Assembly: GCA_963768165.1 (NCBI GenBank)
Contig: CAVYHJ010000002.1
Location: 52,011 to 116,010, forward strand
DNA: 64,000 nucleotides
Direction of reading: 5' to 3'
Origin: an uncultured bacterium
GTDB lineage: Bacteria; UBP4; UBA4092
The notes beneath the pieces are model-generated. The model had not been told where the DNA came from, did no database searches, and saw only the letters and a program-made list of their open reading frames with translations. The position numbers and the translations under genes were made by a program. This document shows positions 1 through 10,290 of the stretch, piece by piece (position 1 is the stretch's first letter; every line of letters starts with the position of its first letter).

Positions 1-176
1 CCGCTTTGATGCTTGCGGCAGCTAGCGGCCATACTGATACCGTGCAAATTTTGTTGACTGCAGGTGCGGACGTCAATGCGAAAAATACATTTGGCTATAC
101 CGCCTTGATGTTGGCGACACAGAATAAACATCCCGACATCGTAAAACTCCTAAAAGATGCCGGTGCCAAAGAATAA
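1..176 (+). CDS. Ankyrin-repeat protein, 3' part only (truncated by window edge)
   Basis: Frame from position 3 reads ALMLAAASGHTDTVQILLTAGADVNAKNTFGYTALMLATQNKHPDIVKLLKDAGAKE*, i.e. ankyrin repeats; same C-terminus as 421..1122. Confidence 0.9.
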   Translation, partial: ALMLAAASGHTDTVQILLTAGADVNAKNTFGYTALMLATQNKHPDIVKLLKDAGAKE

Positions 177-207
177 ATAAATCTAATCTTCTACAACACT
201 TTAGTAT

Positions 208-310
208 GTTCCTGCGAAAGCAGGAATCCATTTTTTTTAGGGCTTTAGCCCATTGTTATTCAGAATGTTTGGACTAAAGTCCCATCACCCTCGACTAAAG
301 TCGGGTAGAA
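208..310. repeat. REP-like palindrome cluster
   Basis: TTCCTGC-GAAA-GCAGGAA hairpin, then GGGCTTTAGCCC, GGACTAAAGTCC and CGACTAAAGTCG short palindromes. Confidence 0.65.
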
Positions 311-420
311 GATTTTCCTTTCCCGACGCCACGTTTTTTACTTGACTCTGAATTCTAGGAGAGTGTAATATGTAGGCAATAATATCTCCACACATTCTAA
401 GGGAAAAAGGAGTACGAAGT

Positions 421-1122
421 ATGATGAAACTCAATCCATTATTAAGCCTCTCTCTTTTACTATTCTCGTTCCTCGCATTCCCTTCCTACGCCAAAACCCC
501 GCAAGAAGCACGCAAGGAACTGGCGCAATTGAAAATTACCTATAGTGAAGATGAGTTTTGTGATTGTGCATTGGGAGGCAATACTGATGCCATAAAATTG
601 TTTTTAGATGCAGGAATGAACACCAATGCGAAAAACAGCATAGGCGATACCGCCTTGATGTATGCGGCAGGAAATGGTCATACAGAGATCGTAAAAACAT
701 TATTGACCAAAGGTGCGAACGTCAATGCGAAAACCGCGGGTGGTTATACCGCTTTGATGGAGGCAGCATTAAAGGGACATACAGATACTGTGCAACTCTT
801 ATTAGCCAAGGGAGCAGAGATCAATGCGAAAGCCGTATTTGGCTTTACCGCCTTGATTGAGGCGGCAAGAGTTGGCAACACGGATACCGTTCAAGCTTTA
901 TTGGCGAAAGGCGCAGAGATTAATGCGAAGACCCAGTATGGTGTGACCGCTTTGATGTACGCGGCAAGTCAAGGGTACACGGATATAGTGAAAGCTTTGT
1001 TAGCCAAAGGCGCTGATGTCAATGCGAAAAACGTTGATGGTAATACCGCCTTGATGTATGCGGTAGGACATAAACATCCCGACATCGTAAAACTCCTAAA
1101 GGATGCCGGAGCCAAAGAATAA
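421..1122 (+). CDS. Secreted ankyrin-repeat protein
   Basis: Signal peptide (MMKLNPLLSLSLLLFSFLAFPSYA), 5-6 GxTALMxAA..G repeats, AAGGAG RBS. Confidence 0.92.
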   Translation: MMKLNPLLSLSLLLFSFLAFPSYAKTPQEARKELAQLKITYSEDEFCDCALGGNTDAIKLFLDAGMNTNAKNSIGDTALMYAAGNGHTEIVKTLLTKGANVNAKTAGGYTALMEAALKGHTDTVQLLLAKGAEINAKAVFGFTALIEAARVGNTDTVQALLAKGAEINAKTQYGVTALMYAASQGYTDIVKALLAKGADVNAKNVDGNTALMYAVGHKHPDIVKLLKDAGAKE

Positions 1123-1160
1123 ATAAATCTAGTCTTCTACAACACTTTCTCCATTACTAA

Positions 1161-1190
1161 TGTAGAGACGTAACATGTTGCGTCTCTACA
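1161..1190. repeat. GTAG-type REP-like hairpin
   Basis: TGTAGAGACG-taacatgttg-CGTCTCTACA inverted repeat. Confidence 0.7.
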
Positions 1191-1231
1191 GATAGAATAA
1201 CCCATCAAAACCGGCTATATATCGGACTTGG

Positions 1232-1280
1232 AGTGGAGTTGAAGTGGAATTGAAAATTTCAATTCCACTTCAACTCCACT
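1232..1280. repeat. Perfect 24-bp-arm palindrome (REP-like)
   Basis: AGTGGAGTTGAAGTGGAATTGAAA-a-TTTCAATTCCACTTCAACTCCACT; core recurs in degenerate form at 46256..46284. Confidence 0.8.
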
Positions 1281-1369
1281 ATTGATTCGGTATTTATTGG
1301 GTTTAGGGTGCTTTATGATGCGGATGCAAATTAGTTGACTTATGCTTATCGTTGAGATAATATTTTGAT

Positions 1370-1573
1370 ATGCCAAGTTACTGGAAAAGACCCTTATCAC
1401 CCAAAATAAGAAAATACATGTTAACCTTTGCGGTAACGCAATTTATTATGGCGATATATCTCTTATATTCACTTATAACGAACACTGATATACATAGAAT
1501 TCTCTTTTGCCTAATTCCTCTAACTGGTTTGCTTGTACTAATGATTGGTCTTTTAGTTCATAGAAAAGAATAG
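1370..1573 (+). CDS. Small hypothetical membrane protein (2 TM)
   Basis: 67 aa with two hydrophobic segments; AT-rich; no family recognised. Confidence 0.5.
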   Translation: MPSYWKRPLSPKIRKYMLTFAVTQFIMAIYLLYSLITNTDIHRILFCLIPLTGLLVLMIGLLVHRKE

Positions 1574-1726
1574 CCTTTCCTTTTCTCTCACGTACCATCA
1601 CTTCAACGTTAAACCTTAAACTTGAAACCTGAAACTGTCTTAAGTGCATGACAGACAGGTGGGGATTTGATAAAATAGAAACAGTCTTACGGGTCTCCCT
1701 TGTGTCGTTATGAAAGAAAGTGAACT

Positions 1727-3073
1727 ATGCCTGAAAACAATATAGACGATAAAATCAAGAATCTCAAGATTGATTCCACGCGCAAACCGTTGACGATTCA
1801 GCGCAAACCTTCCCGCAAAAAATATTGGATTACGGGAATTATCGTACTGGCATTGGCTATTTATTTACTCGCACCCCTATTCACCCCGGCGGACGTGGAA
1901 GTTGCCAAAGTCACCAAAGAAACACCGCCGAAGATAGGAGATATCCTGCTGACGGTGAGCGGGTATGTCGTCCCCAATCATCCCATCGAACTGGCCCCGA
2001 AAATCATGGGGCGGGTAAAGTGGATAGGCGTGGACAAGGGCGACCTCGTAAAAAAAGGACAGGAAATCATCCGCATCGAGGATACCGAATATCAAGCGCA
2101 GGTCAATGAAGCGCGCGCCCGCCTCGCCTCCGCCAAAGCTAAACTCGCAGAGCTAAAAGCCGGTTCCCGCCAGGAAGAAATCAGCATGGCGCTGGCATCC
2201 CTGCATGAAGCACAAACCCAATTTGTCAACAGCGAATCCAATTATAAACGCTCGCAGAAATTATTCGGCGAAGGTGCCGTATCCAAAGAAACTCTGGACA
2301 ATTCCAGCACGCAATACGCCGTAGCGAAATCCCAATTGGACTCTGCCAAGGAAAACTATGACATGACCAAAATCGGCCCACGCGAGGAACTCATTCAGGC
2401 GGCACAGGGCGAAGTCAACGCGGCGGAGGCTACATTGCAATTCGCGGAATCGCAATTAGCGGACACGGTTATCCGCGCGCCCGCCGATGGAACGATTCTG
2501 GAACGTCTGATTGAAGTTGGGGAAATCGTTACCAATACCAGTTTTGGCGGAACACGCGGGGCGCGTACCGCGCTGTTATCCGTGGCGGATTTACGCGATA
2601 TTCAAGTGGAGATTGATATTAACGAAGCGGATATTCACAAAGTCCATGTGAACCAACCGGCGACTATCGCGCTGGAAGCCTATCCCGATTATTCCTATAA
2701 AGGGAAACTGGTGGAAATCGCGCCGCAAGCCAACCGTCAGAAAGCCACCGTGCAGGTGAAAGTTCAATTCCTCAATTCCGACGACAAAGTCCGACCGGAC
2801 ATGACCGCCAAGGTTTCTTTCTTGAACGATATCGCGCCCGACCCGAATGGCAAGAAATTCCGGATATACGTTCCGAACAAAGCGATTGTGACCGAGAACA
2901 ATGACTCCTTTGTATTTGTGGTGAACGGGAACAAAGCCATTCGCGTAAAAATTACCAAAGGAAAAGATTCTGATTTGGGCACGGAAGTGGAACAGGGATT
3001 GACGGGAGATGAAACAATTATTGTCGGGGGTCTCGACGGTTTAAAAGAAGGAAGTCGAATCCGCATTAAATGA
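1727..3073 (+). CDS. Efflux periplasmic adaptor (MacA/HlyD family)
   Basis: N-terminal TM, lipoyl-like halves (GDLVKKGQ, IRAPADG), coiled coil, beta-barrel. Confidence 0.9.
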   Translation: MPENNIDDKIKNLKIDSTRKPLTIQRKPSRKKYWITGIIVLALAIYLLAPLFTPADVEVAKVTKETPPKIGDILLTVSGYVVPNHPIELAPKIMGRVKWIGVDKGDLVKKGQEIIRIEDTEYQAQVNEARARLASAKAKLAELKAGSRQEEISMALASLHEAQTQFVNSESNYKRSQKLFGEGAVSKETLDNSSTQYAVAKSQLDSAKENYDMTKIGPREELIQAAQGEVNAAEATLQFAESQLADTVIRAPADGTILERLIEVGEIVTNTSFGGTRGARTALLSVADLRDIQVEIDINEADIHKVHVNQPATIALEAYPDYSYKGKLVEIAPQANRQKATVQVKVQFLNSDDKVRPDMTAKVSFLNDIAPDPNGKKFRIYVPNKAIVTENNDSFVFVVNGNKAIRVKITKGKDSDLGTEVEQGLTGDETIIVGGLDGLKEGSRIRIK

Positions 3074-3116
3074 TTCAAATAATTAATGTTATATATGAAA
3101 CCTTAAACTTACTTGT

Positions 3117-3794
3117 ATGCCTCCGATTGTTGAATGTAAGAACTTAAACAAAGTCTTCGGCCATGACGGGATTCATGTCGTTGCTCTGGATAATATCAAT
3201 TTGGATATTCAGGAAGGTGAATTCACCGCACTCATGGGCCCGTCGGGTTCCGGCAAGTCTACCCTGTTACATATCATCGCGGGTATTGACAGTCCCACCG
3301 AAGGAGTTTGCCAGGTCGCCGGGATAGATATAGCGCGTTTAACAGAAAATGAATTGGCGAAGTGGCGTAACCAGTATATCGGATTCGTTTTTCAGACCTT
3401 CAATTTAATACCTGTTTTAACAGCCTTTGAAAATGTGGAATTACCTCTCTTATTAACTTCCCTATCAGCATCCGAACGGCACGAACACGTGTTAAACGCA
3501 TTGGATTTGGTGGCGCTATCCGATCGCGCGGAGCATTACCCCCGCCAACTTTCCGGCGGACAGGAACAGCGTGTTGCTATCGCCCGCGCTATTGTTACCG
3601 ACCCCAAATTAATTCTCGCGGATGAACCCACGGGTGATTTGGATTCCAAATCTGCGGAAGATGTCTTGAATGTTCTAACTCAATTAAATAAAGAAATGAA
3701 AAAAACTATCATCATGGTTACACATGATCCGCGTGCCGCACAACATGCTAATATAATAAGACATCTGGACAAAGGAATATTGCTGTCTCTTTAA
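3117..3794 (+). CDS. ABC transporter ATP-binding protein (MacB/LolD type)
   Basis: [28 protein letters not shown]. Confidence 0.95.
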   Translation: MPPIVECKNLNKVFGHDGIHVVALDNINLDIQEGEFTALMGPSGSGKSTLLHIIAGIDSPTEGVCQVAGIDIARLTENELAKWRNQYIGFVFQTFNLIPVLTAFENVELPLLLTSLSASERHEHVLNALDLVALSDRAEHYPRQLSGGQEQRVAIARAIVTDPKLILADEPTGDLDSKSAEDVLNVLTQLNKEMKKTIIMVTHDPRAAQHANIIRHLDKGILLSL

Positions 3795-3811
3795 TGATAC
3801 ATATGAATCCA

Positions 3812-4438
3812 TTAGGCCCATAATCCACCCGTTTGCTCCAACCAGTCGGCTATTTTGTCGGTAGCATGAGATATATGATTATCAGAAATGTCCAACTCTA
3901 ACGTTGGTAAGATTGATTCACCTACCAGTTTTCGCATGAGGTTTTGTTCCTTAATAAACAGTGTCAAATCTTCATATTGCTGCGGATTACCCGATACTTT
4001 CAATCGTTCCGTCCGGGCACTTTCAAAAGAATCATTGTTGCGTGTGCAAAAAACCAAACGAAAATTTAGGCCAGCCAACTTTTCTTCCAACCAATGGAAA
4101 TCATAATTTTTATTATATTTTTCCAATTGGTAAGCACGGGTGGAGATATGAAACCGGTCAATAATCCAGGAATAATATTTTTGCAACTCAAATAATTTAG
4201 CCCAGGTTCGATAGGTCTCCAGCGCCTGGGATTCTTCCGCCGGTTCAAAATTAATCAGTCCCCGACCCCAGGGAAAATTGGTAAAGGAACACCATTCCGC
4301 GGAAATAATCGGTGAATGATACCTGTATTTTCTTGGACCGACGATCCGGGGATGTTCATTCAAGGCAAAAGCGATTTCTGTTTTAAAGGTCAATCGTGTC
4401 CCTTCCAAAATAATTTTAGGACACATCTTTTTACTCAT
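3812..4438 (-). CDS. Hypothetical protein with thymidylate/NMP-kinase-like fold and degenerate P-loop
   Basis: IILEGTRLTFKT resembles IxxEGxDGxGKT; WIIDRF resembles the dTMP-kinase DR motif. Confidence 0.55.
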   Translation of the reverse strand: MSKKMCPKIILEGTRLTFKTEIAFALNEHPRIVGPRKYRYHSPIISAEWCSFTNFPWGRGLINFEPAEESQALETYRTWAKLFELQKYYSWIIDRFHISTRAYQLEKYNKNYDFHWLEEKLAGLNFRLVFCTRNNDSFESARTERLKVSGNPQQYEDLTLFIKEQNLMRKLVGESILPTLELDISDNHISHATDKIADWLEQTGGLWA

Positions 4439-4488
4439 ATAATCCCCCTGATAACTTTATACTTTAAATTGTAACTTTTAAACTTGTC

Positions 4489-5805
4489 TTATTTCGCGTA
4501 CATTTCCTCAATCTTCCCTATCGCCTTTGATAGATTCGCTTTGGCGAGATTATAATTATACAATGCGCGAATTTCATTATCCTGCGCTCTTGCCAACGTA
4601 TCTTGCGCATCCACGACTTCCACATTGGTAATAATCCCTTCGGTATATCTGTCCCGCGTGAGTTTTAAAGTGATTTCGGCGGATGCGACACCCTGTCGGG
4701 AGGCCAGAACCTGATCCACCGCCGCATTTAAAGAAATCGCCGCCGTACGGACATCCAATTCAATTTTCGATTCCAGTTCTTTGGTATTTTCCTTTTGTTC
4801 CTTCAATTGCGTTTTCGCCTGTTCAATCTGTCCTTTGATATTGCCGCCGGTAAATATCGGAATTGTAACCGTGGCTCCCAGAAACCAGGCCTCATCCGTA
4901 TTACTCGGGTCGCTCCCCGTTCGGCTCAGTTGTCCCGTGACACCAACTACGGGCGCATATTGCGCTTGTGCTTTTTCGATGGCTAATTGTAATGCTTTTT
5001 CCTGGGTCTTTGCGGATTGTAAATCAGGACGTTGGGCAAATGCTTCTTGAATCGAGGAATCCAGAGATACCGACACTGCCTGATCAAACTGCGGGGAATC
5101 CGTGAGTTCGATAGGTCGTCCCTGTTCCATATCAATTAATTGCGCTAGTGATAATTTCGCGGTTTCAAAATCCGTACTGTATTCCGACAAAGTTTGAATT
5201 TCATTTTGATATTCCAAATCCGCTCTGGCCGTTTCCAATTTGCTGCCTGTTCCGGCACCCTCAAATTGTCTCGCCTGTATCAACAACGCCCTGGCGGCTT
5301 CCGTCCGCACCCGCGCGGCAATCACACTCGATTCGGCACGTAACGCTTGCAGATAATAGGAAACTGTTTTTAATGCAATTGCCTCCCGTGTCGCGGAATA
5401 ATCGGTCTTTGCAGATTTTTCCTGCTCCCGTGCGATGGCAATGGTTTTGCTTAAATTCAGATTAAAGACATTTTGAGTCACTTGTAAATACGCATCAAAT
5501 GAATTAAATTCATTACTTATTGAAAGGCCCGGAAAGCTGATCCCTTCCGCGGAATAATTAACTTTCTCTCTCGCTTGACTGGCGACAACGCTTACTTGCG
5601 GTAGGTAACCGGAACGCACTTGATCATATACTGACTGTTGCTCGTTAATCTTCAACTTGGATGCCTGCAGGGAATGATTCTCATCCAATGCTCGTTGGAT
5701 AGCTTCCTTTAGACTCAACCGGAGTGGCGGACTTTCTTCTGCCTTGACCATCGAACATAAATGAAGAATACTTATTGTACTTATGAATAAAACCATTTTT
5801 CTCAT
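4489..5805 (-). CDS. TolC-family outer membrane efflux protein
   Basis: Signal peptide, LSLKEAIQRAL, two OEP repeats, IPIFTGG. Confidence 0.93.
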   Translation of the reverse strand: MRKMVLFISTISILHLCSMVKAEESPPLRLSLKEAIQRALDENHSLQASKLKINEQQSVYDQVRSGYLPQVSVVASQAREKVNYSAEGISFPGLSISNEFNSFDAYLQVTQNVFNLNLSKTIAIAREQEKSAKTDYSATREAIALKTVSYYLQALRAESSVIAARVRTEAARALLIQARQFEGAGTGSKLETARADLEYQNEIQTLSEYSTDFETAKLSLAQLIDMEQGRPIELTDSPQFDQAVSVSLDSSIQEAFAQRPDLQSAKTQEKALQLAIEKAQAQYAPVVGVTGQLSRTGSDPSNTDEAWFLGATVTIPIFTGGNIKGQIEQAKTQLKEQKENTKELESKIELDVRTAAISLNAAVDQVLASRQGVASAEITLKLTRDRYTEGIITNVEVVDAQDTLARAQDNEIRALYNYNLAKANLSKAIGKIEEMYAK

Positions 5806-5838
5806 ACTGACTCCTTAGCTTTAAGTGTTAATCCTATT

Positions 5839-6972
5839 TTAAGATACCTGTTTCTTAAACCTGCTTACGGCAAAAACAAATAATAAACATGCGATACTAG
5901 ACAACACAATAATATCCACCGATAAATCTTGTACTCCTGCGCCCCGCAATATAATCCCCCGCAGAATATTCATATAATATGTCATGGGTAATATAAAGCT
6001 AAATAAATAAAAAAACAATGGCATGGTGAACCGCGGAAAAATAAAACCTGATAAAAAGATGGAGGGTAACAAAGTAATCATTCCCATCTGCACCGCCTGG
6101 GTTTGTGTCGTAGCTTTCGTGGAAACCAGTAATCCCGTGCTTAAATTGATAATGATAAATACTGTTGTTAGCCCAAGTAACAGGAAAAAACTTCCAGCGA
6201 TAGGAACTCGAAATACGCGCACCATTATAAAAAACAACAAACAGGATTGAATTACAGCGATAATCACATACGGGATCAGTTTTCCCAATAACAATCCAAA
6301 TTTGGCTAGCGGGGTTACCATAAGCTGTTCAAGGGTTCCTCTTTCTCGTTCCCGCACAATGGCAAATGCCGTTAAAAATGTGGTAACCAGTTGCATGGCA
6401 ACCCCAATGACCCCCGGGACAAAGAAATTTTCCGTGCGGATATCCGGGTTGTATAAAACTTTGGGTCGTGTATCAATGGGCATATCATTAATCGTTAATC
6501 GGGATTTATTTAACACCTGATCCAGGGATTTCCTCAAAGCTACAGAACTGGTCACATTTAACGCTTGCATCGCTACTGTAGAGTTGGAACCGTCTACAAG
6601 AACTAATATCTGAGCCTGTTCTCCTTTCAGTAATCTATTGGAATAATCCGGTGGGATTTCAATCCCGATATAAACCTTTCCTTCCGTTAATTGTGCCATC
6701 ATCTCTTTTTCCGAGTGCACTTCTTTTACAAAATCAATATACTGGGTATTATGCAGAGCGTCTATAAAAGACCGGCTTTCCTGCCTTTGATCCAAATTAA
6801 ATATTACAGCAGGCGTATGTTTGACATCGGTTTTGATAGCATATCCAAAGGCAATAACCTGGATGAGCGGAGGCAAAAAAGCAAAAAATAATGCCAGCGG
6901 GTCACGGCGGATTTGAATAATTTCTTTAAATAAAATAGGATAAAATCCCCGGAATATATTTCTAATTCCCAT
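5839..6972 (-). CDS. ABC-2 permease (YbhR/YbhS-like)
   Basis: KEIIQIRRD, IVRERERGTLEQL, FLSGFIFP. Confidence 0.93.
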   Translation of the reverse strand: MGIRNIFRGFYPILFKEIIQIRRDPLALFFAFLPPLIQVIAFGYAIKTDVKHTPAVIFNLDQRQESRSFIDALHNTQYIDFVKEVHSEKEMMAQLTEGKVYIGIEIPPDYSNRLLKGEQAQILVLVDGSNSTVAMQALNVTSSVALRKSLDQVLNKSRLTINDMPIDTRPKVLYNPDIRTENFFVPGVIGVAMQLVTTFLTAFAIVRERERGTLEQLMVTPLAKFGLLLGKLIPYVIIAVIQSCLLFFIMVRVFRVPIAGSFFLLLGLTTVFIIINLSTGLLVSTKATTQTQAVQMGMITLLPSIFLSGFIFPRFTMPLFFYLFSFILPMTYYMNILRGIILRGAGVQDLSVDIIVLSSIACLLFVFAVSRFKKQVS

Positions 6973-7921
6973 TGATATAATTCTCCTTGGCCCTTTTCAT
7001 GGACAAGGTCACAAACACGTCTTCCAGTGACGGTTGAATCGGGCGTATATCAACATGTTTTAACCCTTTCTTCAATAAAAGCTGCCGGATGTCTTCTTCA
7101 TTGCAAGCTTGCTCCGCGAGAATATGTAAGGCTTGTCCGAAAATAGTTGCATTACTGATTCCCGGATAACGATTGATAATTCGTAATCCCACGGTTGCCG
7201 GATCACAGTCTATTTCCAATCTCTTGTATCCCGGAGGATTCATCTCCGGCAATTCTTTCAATTGATCAGGCGCTCCCAACACGATTAATTTTGACATATA
7301 GATATACCCGATATGGCTGCAACGTTCCGCTTCATCCATATAATGCGTGGTCACAAACAAAGTAATCCCTTGCGCGGATAACTCAAATAATAAGTCCCAT
7401 AACTCTCTTCTCGCGACCGGGTCTATACCCGCGGTCGGTTCATCCAGAAAAACCACTTCCGGTTTATGAATCATGGCGCACGCAAGGGCCAGCCGTTGTT
7501 TCCATCCCCCGGATAACTGTCCTGCCCTTCTTTTCAGATAGGGTCCAATATGGGTTAGAGCAAATAATTCTTCCTGCCGTTTTTTTAAATCTTTACCTTT
7601 GACTCCATAGAGTTGGCCATAGAAATACATATTTTCCTGAACGGTTAATTCTTCATAAAGACTAAATTTCTGGGACATATATCCAATTTGGTTTTTAATC
7701 CCCTCAGGATCTTTAGCCACATCTATTCCTAATAACTGTGCCGTTCCGGACGTCGGTACCAAAATCCCGCATAACATGCGTATCACGGTTGATTTCCCCG
7801 ACCCATTGGGACCTAAAAAACCAAAGATATTTCCTTTCTTAACTTCAAAACTCACATTGTCCACAGCAGTAACGTGCCCGAATCTTTTGGTTAAATTTTC
7901 TACTTTAATCGTCGTATCCAT
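6962..7921 (-). CDS. ABC ATP-binding protein (YbhF/DrrA-like)
   Basis: GPNGSGKS, LSGGWKQR, FLDEPTAG, TTHYMDEAE. Confidence 0.95.
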   Translation of the reverse strand: MDTTIKVENLTKRFGHVTAVDNVSFEVKKGNIFGFLGPNGSGKSTVIRMLCGILVPTSGTAQLLGIDVAKDPEGIKNQIGYMSQKFSLYEELTVQENMYFYGQLYGVKGKDLKKRQEELFALTHIGPYLKRRAGQLSGGWKQRLALACAMIHKPEVVFLDEPTAGIDPVARRELWDLLFELSAQGITLFVTTHYMDEAERCSHIGYIYMSKLIVLGAPDQLKELPEMNPPGYKRLEIDCDPATVGLRIINRYPGISNATIFGQALHILAEQACNEEDIRQLLLKKGLKHVDIRPIQPSLEDVFVTLSMKRAKENYINGN

Positions 7922-7925
7922 CGTA

Positions 7926-8972
7926 TTATTTCCCTACTTGAATATCGGGAAATGTCACATCCGCCGACATCCCCGCACGCAGTCTCCCGGTGGGGTCATC
8001 CAGCCTTACTTTTACTCCAAATACGGTATTAATCCGCTCTTCCACCGTTTGAATATTGCGCGGAGTAAATTCAGCTTTACGGTTGATTTGTTCTACTGTT
8101 CCATAAAATATCTCCTTTGGAAAAGAGTCCACCTTAACATCCACTTTGCTGTTTTCTTTCAAGAGTCCCAGATAATTTTCTGGCGCATAGACTCTGACCC
8201 ACAATTTGCTGGGGACAACCAACGTCATAGCCGATTGATTCGGAACTAATAAGTCTCCAATCCGTAAATCACATACTTCCACCATCGCATCCATTGGCGC
8301 AACAACCGTCATTTCATTTAACTGAGTTTCAATTTGAGCCAATTCATGTTCTGATTGCTGTAAGTTGGCTTTCGCAGCTACATAATTATCCTGCGCTTGG
8401 GCAATATCTTCTTTACGAAATCCTGCTTTCATTAAATTATATGTTTCTTGCGCGGATTTGACCTGTGCTTTTAAAACATCCACTTGATTAACCGCGCTAT
8501 CCCGCGTTTGCTGAGAGACCGCGCCTTCCTTATACAATTTCTCATATCGCTGGGCATCTTTAACAACCAATTCCAACTTCACCTTCACAGCTTCCAAATC
8601 TGACTTCGCTCGTTGAATCTCTTGCGTCCGATTACCCGTTTGTACCAGTTCCAAGTATGCCGCTCGCTGGCTGATATTGTCTTTGGCTTGATTTATCGCA
8701 GCTAAATTTTGGTCTTTCCTCGTTAATAGCTCCGCATTATCTATACGCACCAACACATCGCCTTTTTTGACTGAATCCCCTTCTTTGACCAGCACTTCGG
8801 TTACACGTCCACCAATCTTTGAACCCACTAATATATCATCCACTTCAATAGTCCCATTCAAGGTTATTTTTGTATTTTTGGAATTTCCAAATAGTGTGCA
8901 ATTAACCATAAAGACCGATATCACAGCAATTAAAATATATACCAAATAATACTTCTTTCTGATGGGTCTCAT
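7926..8972 (-). CDS. HlyD-family adaptor (YbhG-like)
   Basis: VKEGDSVKKGD, AEFTPRNIQT motif. Confidence 0.92.
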   Translation of the reverse strand: MRPIRKKYYLVYILIAVISVFMVNCTLFGNSKNTKITLNGTIEVDDILVGSKIGGRVTEVLVKEGDSVKKGDVLVRIDNAELLTRKDQNLAAINQAKDNISQRAAYLELVQTGNRTQEIQRAKSDLEAVKVKLELVVKDAQRYEKLYKEGAVSQQTRDSAVNQVDVLKAQVKSAQETYNLMKAGFRKEDIAQAQDNYVAAKANLQQSEHELAQIETQLNEMTVVAPMDAMVEVCDLRIGDLLVPNQSAMTLVVPSKLWVRVYAPENYLGLLKENSKVDVKVDSFPKEIFYGTVEQINRKAEFTPRNIQTVEERINTVFGVKVRLDDPTGRLRAGMSADVTFPDIQVGK

Positions 8973-8975
8973 TGA

Positions 8976-9581
8976 TTAATTCCTCTCTTTCTTATTTTTT
9001 AAAGAACCCAGAACAAACTGCACCGTATGTTTGATAATTTTTTCTATAAATTCGTCGTTATCCTTAAATTTTCCGACAAAACGAAGAAACATGGGTTGCG
9101 CATTAATAAAATGTACGCATACCGCAATTATGCTGAACGTAGCAAGCTGGGCATCCATATTACGAAATTCCTTTTTTCTCACCCCTTCCTCCAGAATACT
9201 TCGCAACGTTCCAAAATTGGCTTGTGCAAAAGGTTCCATGATCTCCATAAATGGTTTTCCCCCCATTGCCATTTCCCTCATCATCATTCTCGCTTGAGTT
9301 GGGTTCCTCAACACTAACTCCATAAAAGTCCGGATATACCCTTCTAATTTTCTAGAACTTGTGGTTTCCATTGACTTGAGTTTTTCGAGTTCTCCTAACA
9401 ACTTTTGTCCCATCTCCACAATCAATTCCCGATACAAATCTTCTTTGCCGCCAAAATGATAGGTGATCGCACCCAGATTCACATCCGCCTTTTGGATAAT
9501 ATCCCGAATTGACACGCCGTCATACCCCTGTTGGGCAAATAAACCTCGCGCCACTTCTTTAATATGTTCTCTCGTATCCAT
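8976..9581 (-). CDS. TetR/AcrR-family regulator (CecR-like) heading the efflux operon
   Basis: HTH: LFAQQGYDGVSIRDI...YHFGGKEDLY. Confidence 0.93.
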   Translation of the reverse strand: MDTREHIKEVARGLFAQQGYDGVSIRDIIQKADVNLGAITYHFGGKEDLYRELIVEMGQKLLGELEKLKSMETTSSRKLEGYIRTFMELVLRNPTQARMMMREMAMGGKPFMEIMEPFAQANFGTLRSILEEGVRKKEFRNMDAQLATFSIIAVCVHFINAQPMFLRFVGKFKDNDEFIEKIIKHTVQFVLGSLKNKKERN

Positions 9582-9602
9582 AATATTTTCCTTCCAATTA
9601 AT

Positions 9603-9643
9603 TCATACGTATGTATGATAACTGGTCATAAACCCTTTGTCAA
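9603..9643 (-). promoter_or_regulatory. Sigma70 promoter with overlapping palindromic operator (probable TetR autoregulation site)
   Basis: Minus strand TTGACA-17 nt-TATCAT; palindrome TCATAC-gtat-GTATGA (9603..9618) overlaps -10/+1. Confidence 0.7.
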
Positions 9644-9756
9644 GCGAAAAGTTTTACTGGTTTGCCAACCCATATACTTGGTTTTAAGAAGTTGCTGGGG
9701 AAAAAGGGAGAGAGATTATTTCAAGAACTGAATTTGATAATATAACCCTTTTACAT

Positions 9757-10290
9757 TTAGTGTAACAAGAACAATCCAATTAATCCGCAAGCGACAATCA
9801 CCCAAATAGGAGATATCTTTGTCCAGGTGGCGACGGCAAAAGACACAAAGGCTAATATCCAAGTTGCATAGCTATCGACAGACAATTTTCCTAATGTAAC
9901 CACTGCACCGCACAATAAGCCGATGACAGCAGAATTCACAACCGGCAATGCGATTAGAGCGATTTTTGATTTCTCAAACTTCTGGTAAAACTTACTGGCT
10001 AGATAAACTATCAGAATAGATGGGGTGAATACACCTATAGTTGCGGCAATGGCGCCCAACCATAAATTTAAACGATAACCTATGAATGTTGCCAATATCG
10101 CCACAGGCCCCGGCGAAATCAGTCCTACAGCAACCGCATCATGAAATTCCGACGGGGACATCCAGTGCCGATTAATCACAAAATCATGCTGCAATATCGG
10201 TATCATTCCATATCCGCCACCAAAGGTTAAAAGCCCAGCAACGAAAAATACTCGAAATATTTGCATTATAGGTGGCTGTTGTGATGCCAT
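9757..10290 (-). CDS. Short-chain chromate transporter (CHR family) subunit
   Basis: TFGGGYGMIP, ISPGP. Confidence 0.9.
   Translation of the reverse strand: MASQQPPIMQIFRVFFVAGLLTFGGGYGMIPILQHDFVINRHWMSPSEFHDAVAVGLISPGPVAILATFIGYRLNLWLGAIAATIGVFTPSILIVYLASKFYQKFEKSKIALIALPVVNSAVIGLLCGAVVTLGKLSVDSYATWILAFVSFAVATWTKISPIWVIVACGLIGLFLLH

Noticed and set aside
1232-1280. GGAATTGAAA resembles a CRISPR repeat end
   Set aside because: It is one inverted repeat; there is no repeat-spacer array and no cas gene in the window.
1-1600. Integron cassette array (genes followed by palindromes)
   Set aside because: No convincing RYYYAAC...GTTRRRY attC boxes and no integron integrase.
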